Translations under genes and position numbers: made by a program
Source: Neoconidiobolus thromboides FSU 785
Taxonomy: Eukaryota; Fungi; Entomophthoromycota
Assembly (NCBI GenBank): GCA_025603075.1
Contig: MU626295.1
Span: 62,001 to 126,000, forward strand
Length of the DNA: 64,000 bases
Direction of reading: 5' to 3'
The notes under the pieces: model-generated
What the model was told of the DNA's origin: nothing
What the model saw: the letters and a program-made list of their open reading frames with translations, nothing else
Database searches by the model: none
Shown: piece by piece, positions 25,981 through 39,328 of the stretch
Layout: each line of letters begins with the position of its first letter
Position numbering within the stretch: the first letter of the stretch is position 1

Positions 25981-26325
25981 TATACTATAAACTATCATTT
26001 GATGTAAAATAGGTATTCTAAAATTAACATATTTATTTCCAAACTTTGTAATAAAGAAATTTTATAGTTTAGCTCTATATTATGTATTTTATACAATAAA
26101 GAAACCAGCTTTTAAAATCTTAAGATTTTTATGAATAACCGATATTTTTTCTTGAAAACAGTACTTTACTTTAGGTCAAAATAATTATTCTTAATTTTGT
26201 AAATGAAATGTCAATATAAAATTTTTAATAAAAGAGTATGTCCTACTTGGATCATTGTAGCTTCATCCGCAACTTCAATGAATTTATTTATGAATACAAA
26301 AATGGAGTGAGTAGTTTTTTTACAT

Positions 26326-29300
26326 TTAACCTAAGCGAGAGACCGTTGTAGCGCGGTAGTAGTTGATTAGCATAAGCTCAGCTTCTAAAACGTATGGTGA
26401 AGGAATATCTATCTCAAACTCCGGTATTGTATTTATTGATTGGTCATAAGATCCTAATTCATCAAAAGCGTGAATAGGCCATACTCCAAATTGCTGGATA
26501 GGCTGGATTTTGCTTTGTTGAAGATTACTCTCTTGAGAATAGATGTTTGCAAAGTCGTGTTTATTTGCTGTTGATGCAAACTGGTCAGTTGATTCCTTTA
26601 AGATTATGCTGGACAGTTCTTCTATTGGAACATCTGGTTCTGAATTCAATGCATTATTATCATCTGGAACCAGTTCAACAGTATAGCTCTCCACTTTAGC
26701 CCCCTCCAGTACGTTTTTGATTTTTTCACCATAATCACAGTAATCCGTGACTCTTGAAGATAAAGTATTAAACCTTGTCATAAGAGTACCATATCTTCCT
26801 TCCAAAACTTCCCACCCAAAAGGCTTATTACTACTATGCCACATGGAGCGATGATACTGCCAAAGTTGAATTATGCTCTCCCTTAATTGCTCAAGTTGAT
26901 CTTTACTAAAATCCTTTAATCGGCCTTTAAAGTAGCTTTCTAAATTGTTATTTTTGCAAATTCTATAACGTTCAACTAAATTAGAGCGAATATCTACTTT
27001 TAAGGATAACACTTTCGCCAAATAAGCTGGTAACATCAGCCTATGATTTAATGGGTAAAGCTTTGATTTTTCTGTAATTTTTTGATTCAAGTATTCATAT
27101 AATTTTGTATAGTGCTCGGTTAGCGGAAGCTCACTGTATGTGGCAGAAAAGATAGAATAAAGAGGGTCTAAAAAAATATAACTAAGTTATAAATACATTG
27201 GGATTTTCGAATTACCTTCCCATAGCAAATGTTTACTAGTATTAGGGGGGAGGCCAACTCCTTGGGTTACGGGTTGCAGAGTATCTAAATCAGAGGATGG
27301 TAGAAAAAAAGGTAACTCATCAAGCTAAAGGCTATATTAGAATAAAAAACACAATATATATGGATATACCTGGCTTGCTTCATACTATAATTGTTTTTTA
27401 AAAAGAAAGGTTAGTTATTATTAGTTATAGATAAATATACAAACCCATGCATCAAATTCACCACCACATATCGCAGCTAGATAATGTTAAACATTAGATA
27501 TTGTTGAGGTTACAATATTAATAGTTACCAAAATAGGACCTTAATAAGCTAGTATCAATGTTGGTCTCAGATGTGTAAGCTTGAAGCGAAGCATAAGCCA
27601 TAACAGGCAAAGCGGAGAAACTTTAAAAATAAAAAATAACAATAAAAAATAACAATTAGATAATAAAATTGGCTTACTAATCGCACTCAGCTCCATCATC
27701 GCCCCAAAGTGTAAGCATATATTTGTTAACATTACTTCCACTAGATTTTGACGCTTTCATAGATATATACGTTTGTCTAATACTGAATGGCATACTACAC
27801 CAAAACCTAGTCCAAGTCCACGCACCGCCTGCTACCCATATATTTTTTTGCCCCAACTCAATGTGTTTATCAATTTTTTGACGAAAATAAGTAAAATCAG
27901 TATGATAATAATCCCAATATACTAAATCCAAATCATTAAGCTTTGATGCATTGTTTGATAATTTAATGGGCTCGCAATCTGCATAGTAGCCATCAAGAGA
28001 AACACTGTTTGAGGCTTTAAACATTAGTTTGAATGCTATTGAATATAATATAAGTATTACAAAGACAAAATAACACTAATAAAACCATTAGTATCATTTA
28101 ATATAATGATATAGAATATTACTATCTGACCAAATCATGGGTTTAAGTTCTAATTTATCACATATTTCTCTTAACCTATCCAAATGGTTTATAAATATAG
28201 TACTAGGATCTTGCATTGGGAATTTTCTACGATATTCTCCTTCCCCTAGGCCACTAGCCTTAACAATAACTTTAGGAAAAGTTGCAAAAAAAAGTAAAAT
28301 GTACCTCATCCATCCCAATGTGGATATTTTTAGATCTTAAAGGCGCAGTAGCAGCTTTGATCATAACCTCCAGTTGTTCATAACTTTCTTCGGATCCAGC
28401 AAGGATCACTTCGCTCGTATCTTTAAATTTAAAATTTTCAGGCCATTGTAGCATTTGACCTAAGTGACCTAAAGTTTGGATACATGCTACAACTTCAATT
28501 CCTCTAAAAAAATCAATTTTTATATACTGTTAATAATATGCTTACAAATGAAAGGCATAATCATCAATCGTCTTAAGCTCTTCAAAGGTGTAACCGCCTA
28601 CAAACAATTTTAAATACCCGCTTATTTTTTATTTTTACTTGAATACCTCTACAAAAGCCAAAAAAAGCTTGACCTTGAATCTAGTTATCTTTAACATGTA
28701 AAATTTAAATCTTTGGCAAAGTAATACCTTATATGTATCTTCAGTATACAATTGAAGCATGGTATAACCCATAAGAGCTCCGTATCTCAGAAATGCTTTA
28801 ACAAAGCTAACCGTTGGTACAGCATTTCTGGAGCAGTCTATCATGAGACTAAAAAAGGGATTAAGTTTTGAAGTTGATATTTGATCATACTTAATTACCA
28901 AAAATCTTCAAATTGAGCCATCTCTTTGAACTGTAACATTCTTAGGATATAATTCCAGTCTAATTTTCCAGAAGTAAAAGTTCTAGTTTGAAAAGCTATA
29001 GTAAGAATCCTTCCTAAGGCCTTGAAAGCTTTAAAAATCATCAGTATTGTAAGATATTTATCTTGTGGTTATTTACCTTCAATTTTACGCCTATAACGGA
29101 TGTCCACTTCAAAATATTTATATTTCTTAAATTCGCATGATACCTCTAAATCACCTATTTCGAGAGATTCATGTTCTATAAACCTATAAATTCATTTAGT
29201 CAAATTACCTTGTGATTTAATTCGTTTACGTTAGCTTAAATTCTGTTTCAAATCTATTGTTCATATCTTTTTTATCTTCAAAAAATTTGATACCATGAAT

Positions 29301-29552
29301 ATAGATATTTTTATGAGGACAGTATATAGCTATTTCTACTAAAGCTTCAAGTAAGTCTTGTGGTACTCCCTCACTATCTATTGAAATCAATACCGGACTT
29401 TCTTCTTTAATTGGAATTGTCCCAAAGGAAACTGGTTCTTCAGAGTTAAGCTCATCCCCCATAGAATCCAAGTTAGGTGTTTCCTCATCCCTATTAATCT
29501 CATCGTTATCTTTCTTTATATTAGAGAATTGAATATCTGGATGCAAGCTCAT
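26326..29552 (-). CDS. GH20 beta-N-acetylhexosaminidase, GcnA-like subfamily; many exons
   Basis: Spliced motifs LMIDCSRNAV, LQLYTEDTY, CIQTLGHLGQ, HIGMDE (catalytic DE), PMIWSDM, LVYWDYYH, TLWGDDGAEC and PNTSKHLLWE. The N-terminal exons 29552-28910 join in frame through GT-AG introns. Confidence 0.85.
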
Positions 29553-29936
29553 TTTATTTAAACTGTTATAAATTGATATAAACTCTAAATTTGTTTACGT
29601 AGCTTTCGTGCCACTTATTTTAAAAATTATAAACAAATCAAATTTTAAGTGAATCGTAATTTGAATAAAAATTAAATCAGCAATTATTAAATATTCTATT
29701 TGAATTTTATATAATTTGTATTACAATATTTTAAAACAGTTGTAATTCGCTATATAATTTTAGTAATTATAATTTTATTTATAAGTAAAGACAAAGTTTG
29801 AATTATACTAAACACATAGCCACACAATATACTTGAATTTATAAGTTACAGCAATCTAATTTAATCTTAGAAATTACAAAATAAACTACTTAAAAAATTC
29901 GATTTTGATAAAAGTCAAAATTTATTTTGCTTTTTA

Positions 29937-31822
29937 ATGACTAAATCCAACATTAAAAATATATTCCGCCAAGTCACTTTTAAAAGCAATGCTATAAGAA
30001 GGCATTTATTTACAACTTCAAATAGGCTAAGCATAAATGATAAAACCAATGAACAGGCTAATAGTAGCCCTTTAATATTAAATGATAGTAAAGCTAGAGG
30101 AAATGAAGTAGCTTTTAAAGGAAATGAGTTCCAAAACCTGATGAAAACATTTGATAGTCTACCAGCGCTAGCTCCAGTGTTTCCTGCAAAAGCAGAAGAT
30201 ATTGTAATTATTAATGAACCTGTATCTTTTTATGATGTTTTAAAGGTAAACAACTTCTTTTTGTTTCAAAATTTGCTTATTGTTAGGATAAAATAATAAA
30301 TTCAAAAAGACAAATTACCTTAGCATCTTTGTATTTCGGACCGGAAGAAAAAGAGATAGTAACTAAATTTATTTAATTTAAATAAGTCAAGTAACCATAT
30401 TGTTATTTAGATAAATTTACTAAGAGAAAGCTTGGCAGCTAATAAAGATTTGAAATTGAAGATATTGTTAGACTGTTTAAGAGGGACAAGAAAAACAAAA
30501 ACTGGAAGCTCAATTGAGGTTTTATCACCACTCCAAGATGAATTCCCTGACAGGGTTGAATTACATTTTTATCATACCCCAGATTTGACTGGATGGTCTA
30601 AAAAATTGATTCCAAATAGGTTTAATGAAACAATAGGATTAATGCATATAAAAGCATACCTCTTTGATGATGATGTTATCTTATCAGGGTACAACTTTTA
30701 GTATTAAATTATTTTAATTAATTATTCTTAGTGCTAACTTAAGCAAAGATTACTTTTCAAACCGTCAAGATAGATATTATTTATTTAAAAATAACCTTCC
30801 GCTATTAAGTTATTTTCAAATGCTTATTGATACGCTATCAGAAATAAGTTATAAAGCTAAACCTAACAATGACGAAAAGATGCCCTATCTGCTAAAAATG
30901 GAAAATTTTCCTGATCCAGTCTATGAAAGTTCAAAGTTTAAATATGAGTCTTATTTAAAAATAATGGATTTTTTAAATGAAATCAAAGATCCATTTTCAA
31001 TAAACGATTTTCAAGAATTAAATGATGAAAGCGACACTGTTATTGTCCCTATTATCCAGATGGCTCCTCTAAATATATTTCAAGATCAAACGGTAACTTT
31101 ATCATTATTAAGAGCTATTGATAATAGTGGAAGATTTCAAAATGAAAAATATAGTACAGCTATTACCTCTGGGTATTTCAATTTTAATCAATTGTATCAG
31201 GAACGTATTTTAAGTACTTCTGCATTATTCAGGATTATTACTGCCTCACCAGAGGTAACCGTTTTATAAATAATTTATATAAGATATTTAGGTTTTATAG
31301 GCAAATGGCTTTTTCAATTCAAAAGGGGTTTCAAAATTTATACCTGATGCATATACATTAATAGAAAAAGAGTTTTTATTTAAAGTCAAAGGTAAGCATA
31401 GAGAAAAAACAATTAAGGTTGAAGAATATCATAGAGATAAATGGACCTATCATGCTAAAGGTAAATTTATTTTTAATGCATAAGCTTTTATTTATATAAT
31501 TAAGGGCTATGGATGTATAAGCCAAACGAAAGTATACCGTTCTTAACTATGATTGGATCTCCGAACTATGGATCACGTTCTTTGGAAAGAGACCTAGAAG
31601 CACAAGCTATAATTGTTACATCCAATGTTAAACTTAGGACTGCTATGCAAAAAGTAATTTGGTTTATATAGCTTATATGTGTCAACTTATTTTTTGAATT
31701 AGGAACTAGATAATATTGAGGATTATGTCAACCCTATCTCATTAGATGATTTAGAAACCCAAAATAGAGAACCCAGACTTTTTGCCAAAGTAGCGACTCC
31801 TATTATTAAATCCATGTTATGA
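29937..31822 (+). CDS. PGS1: Phosphatidylglycerophosphate synthase (PLD superfamily); 7 exons
   Basis: ITLASLYFG, LLDCLRGTR, HIKAYLFDDDVILSGANLSKDYFSNRQDRY and WTYHAKGLW...IGSPNYGSRSLERDLE. TGA at 31820-31822. Confidence 0.93.
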
Positions 31823-31916
31823 TTTTAGATAACATAAACTACGATTTATAGATAAAGCCATTTGTGTTAGTTTACTATAGGTTAAATTAATTTTTTTTAA
31901 ATAAGTGTAAAACAAG

Positions 31917-32021
31917 ATATGGGGATGTATTTTTTTGTTTAAGAATTTTATTAACAATCTTTCCGCTTAAATAGCGCTTAAAAATGGAAAAAGTGATGAA
32001 ACTAAAAAATCATTCCCATGT
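31917..32021 (+). mobile_element. MITE-like element copy
   Basis: ATATGGGGATGTATTTTTTTG...CATTCCCATG. Confidence 0.8.
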
Positions 32022-32199
32022 GACTTAAATTGTAACTAATGGATGAAATAACAGCTGAATCATTTTAAATTAGTTTATTTGAAATGTGAGTATCCCAATA
32101 TTATTATTGTAAAAATAGTTTAATTGAGAAATATAGAGCAATAATGATTATACCATATAGCCATATATTAACCACGTGAAAAGTTTTTTAAAATATTGA

Positions 32200-33226
32200 C
32201 TAAAGAGATACTATTTTCATTTTCTTGCGAAACGTCATTTTGATCTAATATAAATACAAATGTTATAAAAAAATAAAAAATAAAGGTAGAAAATAAAAAT
32301 ACCTTCTTTATCACTATTGTTTTGACTTAATTTTAGTCTATCTTCTAATCTTTTTACTTGGAATTTATAAATAAAAGTAAATAAATGATAAATAAAGTTA
32401 CATAAAAGTCTTGTCCTGGAAAGCTCTTGATTCATTAACGTGTCCTGCTTCATAAAATTTTCCGGAATGATTATATCCTCATTAATTACCTTGAGCCTTT
32501 TTGGCGAACTGATCTCTTCAAGTCCATTTAAAAAGCACTTTGAAGGGTATTAATTATACATGAACTGATTAGAATTTTTTACTTGGTATTTTTTAATCTG
32601 CGAATCAACATTATTGTATTCCTTTTGTCTTTCTTCTATATCTTTGAGCAAAGATTGGTATCTACAAATAAGCAATGATTTCATTTTCTTTTAATTATAA
32701 TTACTTTATGATTTGTTTGTCTGTTGCACTCCCATATACTCCTCTTATCCAATCTTTTGGAAATTTTTTCAATAATCTAATTTATACATAAGTTATTTTT
32801 ATAAATAGAAGATGAAATTACTCTTCATTTTCTATCATCTTTACATTTATTTTTTTTACCGACTCTAAGAAATTTATACCATGACTTTGATAATTCGTTT
32901 GCTTTACATTTATAAAATAATTTATCTGTTTAATCAATTCTAATCTGCTCTTTTTGTTATAAATCGTATTAACATTCTTAGCATTCAAAGCGTTCACTAA
33001 TGAAAATTAGATCTTAAAAACCTATCTAAATGCTCTTACATCTTTGTAAAAATGGAGATACATCTTTCCTTTTCCCCTAAACTTTAATTGAGTTATTAAT
33101 CTTATATTGACATAGTTGTTGTACCTTATCAAATATGCTAATATCTATTGGGGCCTCTAGTATCTCTATTTGTTTATTTATAAATGATCGATACCAGCTC
33201 AAATCTTTAACCTCAACTTTGTCCAT
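32200..33226 (-). CDS. Uncharacterised coiled-coil-rich protein; about 7 small exons
   Basis: GT-AG introns join MDKVEVKDLSWYRSF...FDK|GKRKDVSPFLQR|LNALNAKN...ENEE|LLKKFPKDWIRGVYGSATDKQIIK|YQSLLKDIEERQKEYNNVDSQIKKYQ|...|DQNDVSQEMKIVSL* in frame. I do not recognise the family. Confidence 0.6.
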
Positions 33227-33635
33227 AATATAATTAAATTTTACTTTAACAATAAAAAGTTTCAAAGTTTTAAAAAAAGTTTTAAAAAAAATTTAAAAAA
33301 AGTTTCTTGAGATGCGCTAAGTGCAAAAAATAAGGCTTTAAAACATAACGTCAACTCCTCTAGTTTGAGATTTTAGTACAATAGTTAGGCTAATAATAAG
33401 ACTAATTGCAATTTAATGCTAAACACCAACCCAATCTTATATTAACTTAGAACTTTACTTTAAATAAATCTTAACCACCATGAATGAAACTAAAGGACGC
33501 CGTTACTGCTAATGTACCCACATTAGTTAGTAAACTATTCTTTTAAAATTATTCTATTAAGCTTATTAGATTATTAAATTTTCAATTAGTTAGAAACAAA
33601 AGCACTTTTATTATAATAAATATACTTTTATTAGA

Positions 33636-34375
33636 TTAATGATACTTGGAACAATCTGGGATAACTTGACAGGTACATTGAGTTCCTTTAGCAAATTCTT
33701 GGGTCCAATAGTTACCTGCTTCACCCCAACCCATACATTCAGCGTCACTAACAATGTTTCTGAAATGACCTGATNNNNNNNNNNNNNNNNNNNNNNNNNN
33801 NNNNNNNNNNNNNNNNNNNNNNNNNNNNNNNNNNNNNNNNNNNNNNNNNNNNNNNNNNNNNNNNNNNNNNNNNNGTTCTCAGAGCCACCCATGAGTTTGT
33901 AACCCTCATTCTTGATACGATCCCAGAAACTCTTAACCTTAGTTCCTTCATGGGTCATTTTTTTGTGATTGAACTGATCTTGAGAGTGTTTTTGAGCAGC
34001 TCTATTTAATTTGTCATCCATCTTGAGTGGTTTTTTGCCATGTTTTTTACGGATGGCATTAACACGACAAAGCATTTCAACATCCCTTTCATTTAAGCCC
34101 CCATTTCCAGATGGCTTGTTGTTATTAGTTGGAGGATTATTTGGCTTTGGCTTATTGTTAGTTGGAGGATTATTTGGCTTTGGCTTATTGTTATTGTTGT
34201 TTGGTTTAGCTGAAACATAAACAACTTTTGTGACTACAACAACGCGTCTTCTTTCAAGGTTAGAGTTTGTAGAGGCTTCAACATTTTCGTGAAGCTGTAC
34301 TTCGCCGACATTGGTAGGTGGAAGAGTACGAGCAAGGACAGAAGATAAAAGAATTAATGGAATAGTGAACTTCAT
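33636..34375 (-). CDS. Secreted CAP/SCP-domain protein (paralog A), interrupted by assembly gap
   Basis: Signal peptide MKFTIPLILLSSVLA, a dibasic ERR site, a (KPKPNNPPTNN)-type linker and CAP domain MLCRVNAIRKKHG...H...SEN. After the gap the correct frame reads SGHFRNIVSDAECMGWGEAGNYWTQEFAKGTQCTCQVIPDCSKYH* (TAA at 33636-33638). Confidence 0.85.
33775..33874. other. Assembly gap (100 N)
   Basis: Run of N. The paralog has only 53 bp between the same flanks. Confidence 0.99.
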
Positions 34376-36122
34376 TTTTACAAGATTAATTTTTATAAAC
34401 AAAATTAGATAGCTAGGGACTAGAGAGTAAAGCTAAATCTTTAAAAGTAAAAATTTAATCTTTATATATAGTGGTCGCATTTAATTTATTCTTTTGATTT
34501 TATTGTAATAGAACATAAAGTTTTGTACTTTTGGTAAGGTTAAATAAAATCACCAAACTTCAAAAGATGGTAAATTTTATTCTAAATTTAGTAATTTGAC
34601 TTACTATAGTTAAGAGGTTCTTGGATCAATATTTTTTAATTAACTTCCACCTTAAAAAAATCCAGCTAATATTGTGATTTCTTTAGACATTCATCAAATG
34701 AAATACTATTATGTGCTCATATCCAATCAGTTTTGTTTACCTAAAGGTCATATTATATAAACATCTTAGATTTATTAACTCAAAAAAATATAACTTGTTG
34801 GCTTCAAGGAGATAAAATGTTTTTAAAAGAAAATAAAAATATTCCAAGAACAAAGATGGTGAAATCAACCAGAGGACCTTTAGCCAATCTTACTTATACA
34901 TAGTAATAAAATTAAGTTCAGTAAGATAACGAGGTGAATCTTGATATAAATTAACTTTCTATAATTCTCTCAATTCTCCTGAACAAAGAACAGATTATAC
35001 TTTGCTAATCATTTGTTTTATATTTATGGAAATTCATAACACAATAGTAGTATTGTAAGACCATCAAATGATCAAATTAGAGTATTAAAATATTAAGAAT
35101 TATATGACTCTTTTTAAACTAAATCTATAATTTATAGCTTTTATTTATCGCTTATTATGAAAAACAATCACTATAACGATTTCCGAATTTTCTGAATGCA
35201 GTAAAAATATACTATCCCACTCAACCTTTAATCTACTGTCTGCATGTGATGTTTAAGAATATAAATGTTTTTGTCTCATCACATTAATAGTACCCGAGTG
35301 GGTGATCAAATTACTTTTAGACTGCATATATTTATTTCACTTGTTTGATTTAAAATAAAATTTCAAGCTCTTTGAGCTTTCACAAATTCACTACCAAGCT
35401 ATCTTTTTAGACTTTAATAAATGATTTTGGCCTCGCAATAACCTTCCCTTTCTACTATCCCTCTTAACTTCAATAATATTTGCAAGCAGGTTAAGTTGAT
35501 GCTTGTATCCTCTGAATAGCATAAAATTGAAAGGTTTAGAGTTTAATTTATTAAACCCCAAAAAATTGCTTAAATAATATTATCGAAAACCAAATGACTG
35601 TTTAAAGGTTATTTTTTAATAAATATTTTTTATTCTATTAAATTTTAATAGGCTAAATTAATTAAACAGTGGAAATTCTGAGCTACATTAATTCCGCAAT
35701 AAAGTCAACTATTATATAATTGTCTAATAACTTATATTCAATAGGGTTTAAAAACGAGCACAAGTTAATAAATATTCGAAACAGACGAAAAGGAGGTAAA
35801 TATAACTAATTTTGGCTAGTATCAATGTAATCTTTTATTTGTTAGAATAACATCGGATTAAACTTGTATATTTCAAAATGGTTAGAATAATATACAAAAG
35901 GTATACCCCTTTATCAGAATTGAATATACTTAAAGGTATTGCTATTTTATTAAATAATAAACATGTAAAACTACTTGAAGCTTTAATTTATTAAGTAAAG
36001 TAGAAATATATAGTAAATGATTATTTAATAGTATAAAAACATTAACAGTATTCATGAATGAAGTTATTTATTTATATTAAGTATTTATAAAATTTATACT
36101 TAAAAACAAGATAACTATCAAT

Positions 36123-36225
36123 ATCTGGGAATGTATTTTTTGTTTAAGAATTTTACCAAAAATCTTTCCACTCAAATAACGCTTAAAAATGGAAAAAGTA
36201 ATGAAATCAAAAAACATCCCCATCT
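36123..36225 (+). mobile_element. MITE-like element copy
   Basis: ATCTGGGAATGTATTTTTTG...AAAACATCCCCATCT. Confidence 0.75.
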
Positions 36226-36931
36226 GTTTTTTCTATTATGATAAACTATAAAATTGTAATTATTCTAGTGGATATTTGTTTGGCTTTAGTACTAAAGTAC
36301 AAGTCATATTAAATTGAAATAAGTATACAAGGCAAATATAGAACTCATAATAGATTTCAAATAATTATAATCATGATAGAAAAACATATTAATTATGTAT
36401 TTGAATTCTGCTATTATTTTGTATTAATATTGTAATTTTTTGTGTTCAACAAAATCTTATATCAATAAGCTGTACCATTTAAGAAATTAAGCATTATTTT
36501 GGATACTAGATTTAATCAAGTCATAAACTTTAACCTTTTTAAATGTATTATATCGTTAAAGTGTCAAGCTGCCCTACAATATTTTTTACTTCATTTCCAT
36601 ATTAAATTGATTAAACACAAAGCTCTTGAAATGTGTATATAACGTTGATTTTTTTATGAAAGCTTATAAGCTGATTTTGTTGTAGACATATGTTTAGTAT
36701 CAACAGCTTTGTTTTAAAATATCTTCAATAAAATAAATTATAAGAGCATTGTAATATAGTTTAAACCATTCATAATGTCATTTATCAATGATTTTTAAAG
36801 TCCCTTAATAGCAAAAACATTATGTATTCAAGTTAGTTAGTAGCTTATTAACAAATATTCCAGTAATTTAACATTGATATACTTATACTAATGTGTTAGA
36901 AATCAGCTATTTGCAAAAGTACTTTTATTAA

Positions 36932-37864
36932 TTAATGGTATTTAGAGCAATCTGGAACTGTTTGATAGGTACATGGAGTTCCTTTAGCAAATTCTTGGGT
37001 CCAATAGTTACCTGCTTCACCCCAACCCATACATTCAGCGTCACTAACAATGTTTCTGAAATGACCTGATGATTGTTCCCAATCGCTTACAACTTGAGCA
37101 ATACTTCCTTGACCAGCGGCACAGTTCTCAGAGCCACCCATGAGTTTGTAACCCTCATTCTTGATACGATCCCAGAAACTCTTAACCTTAGTTCCTTCAT
37201 GGGTCATTTTTTTGTGATCAAGTTGATCTTGAGAGTGTCTTCGAGCAGCTCTATTTAATTTGTCATCCATCTTGAGTGCCTTTTTACCATGTTTAGCACG
37301 GATGGCGTTGACACGACAAAGCATTTCAACGTCCTTTTCACTCAAACCGCCATTTCCAGATGGTTTACTGCTAGGAGGATTGGATGGAGCTGGCTTACTA
37401 GTAGTAGTATATGATGTGGTTGGTTTACTAGTAGTAGTATATGATGTGGTTGGTTTACTAGTAGTAGGATATGATATAGCTGGTTTACTAGTAGTAATAG
37501 AATAAGATACAGTTGATTTACTACTAGTAGTAGGATAGGATACAGTTGATTTACTACTAGTAGTAGGATAGGATACAGCTGGTTTACTAATAGTAGGATA
37601 TAATTCAGCTGGTTTACTAGTAGTAGGATATAATTCAGCTGGTTTACTAGCGGTAGGATATGATGGTTCTGGCTTGTTGCTAGTAGTAGCTGGCTTACGT
37701 GGACGGCAGGCCTTCTTCTTTGGTATAGCTACATCTCTTTTTTCAATCTTAGAATTTAAAGAGGCCTCGACATTTTCATGAAGCTTTACTTTACCATCAT
37801 TGGTAGGTGGTAAAGTATGGGCGAGGATCGAGGATAAAAGAATTAATGGGATAGATAACTTCAT
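36932..37864 (-). CDS. Secreted CAP/SCP-domain protein (paralog B) with Ser/Thr/Pro repeat linker
   Basis: Signal peptide MKLSIPLILLSSILA, an EKR site, about nine TSKPxxxYxT repeats and a complete CAP domain (H..., SENCAAGQ, WEQSSGHFRNIV). Confidence 0.9.
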   Translation of the reverse strand: MKLSIPLILLSSILAHTLPPTNDGKVKLHENVEASLNSKIEKRDVAIPKKKACRPRKPATTSNKPEPSYPTASKPAELYPTTSKPAELYPTISKPAVSYPTTSSKSTVSYPTTSSKSTVSYSITTSKPAISYPTTSKPTTSYTTTSKPTTSYTTTSKPAPSNPPSSKPSGNGGLSEKDVEMLCRVNAIRAKHGKKALKMDDKLNRAARRHSQDQLDHKKMTHEGTKVKSFWDRIKNEGYKLMGGSENCAAGQGSIAQVVSDWEQSSGHFRNIVSDAECMGWGEAGNYWTQEFAKGTPCTYQTVPDCSKYH

Positions 37865-39328
37865 TTTTACAAGATTAATTTTTATAAACAAAATTAGATA
37901 GCTAGGGACTAGAGACTAAAGCTGATTTTAAAGGTGGAAATCCAACCTTTATATATAGCGTTCTCATTTGATTTATTCTTTGACCTTGTTGTAATAAAAC
38001 ATGAAATTTGCACTTTTGGTAAGGTTTAATAAAAGCACCAAAATTTAAAAATATGGTAAATGTTATACCAAATTATTGATTCGGCCATGTATAGTTGAGA
38101 GGTTCTTGGAGTAATATTTAAATTAAACTTCCGCCCAAAGTTACTTCACACAATATTCTGATTTCCTTTAAAAAGTTTGGGGAAAAGACTTTAATACATG
38201 TTTATATCTAACTAACTCTGTTTACTTAAAGGTCATATTATATGGATACCTTGGATTTATTAACTCAAAAAATAAAACTTGTTGGTCTCAAAGGAGATAA
38301 TTTAAGTATCTTTACAAAGATAGTAAAAAATATTTCAAGAATAAGGTTATGAAATCAACTAAAAGGCATCTAGCCTATCTTGTTTTATATACAGTAATAA
38401 AATTAAGTTCAGTAAGATAACGAGGTGGATCTTGATGTAAAGTAACTCCAAATTCACTCCAAATCCTCTTGAGCAAAGAACAAATTATACTTCATTAATC
38501 ATTCATTTTATAATTATAGAAATTCTCAACACAATAGCAATATAAAAATACTATCAAATGATCAAATTAAAGTATCAAATATTAAAAATTTTGTAACTTT
38601 TCAAACTTTAAATCTAAAATTTTTGAATTTTATTTATTATTTACCGTAAAAATGACCACTATTGCGATTTCCGAATTTTGGGAATGTAGTAATCTTTACA
38701 ATGTCATTTAACTTTTAATCCACTTTTTTGCATGTAATGCCTGGGAATTTAAATGTTTTGTCTCTTTATATTGACAGTACCCGAGTGGATAATCAAATTA
38801 CATTTAAACTGCATATATATATTTTACTCACTTGATTTATAATAAAAAGCTCAAGTTCTTAAAGTTTTCAAAAGCCTGCCATCAAATTATTTTCACCAGG
38901 CTGTAATAAAATAATTATGATCTCATAAGGCCCTTTTCCTTTCATTATTTACTTAATTTTAATAGGGCTTTTGAGCAGAATGAGCTGAAAATGCTATTCC
39001 CTAAATAATATAAAATTAAAGGTTTAAACCTTTAATTTATTAAACCCAAAAAATATGCTTAAATAATAACATTAAAAGCCAAATGACTATCCAATGGGTA
39101 TTTTTTCAACACAATGACTTAAGTCAATTAAGCTTTCATAAAAATGATTACTTAAATGGTGTAAATTTTTAATTGTAAATATTAGGTATTTACATAGAGA
39201 AGTGTTTGTAAAAAAAATCAATGGTCGCTGGTTGGGAGAATGTTTTTAATTTTTGTCTAAAAGTGTTAACTTTTTCTAGAAAAGTTATTACTATTGTGAT
39301 CATCCTTATTAACTTTTTTAGAAAAAAC

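Larger units (their letters stand above)
33585..39110 (-). repeat. Tandem duplication: ~2-kb unit (CAP gene + ~1.25 kb upstream) at about 33585-35620 and about 36895-39110
   Basis: Collinear similarity across the gene and upstream DNA, including an identical 35-mer at 34902-34936 and 38393-38427. Confidence 0.85.

Noticed and set aside
33611-33951. ORF-track C-termini for CAP paralog A (QVISETLL... and ORF 33748-33951)
   Set aside because: These are frame artefacts of the arbitrary 100-N gap. The true frame matches paralog B and ends at 33636.
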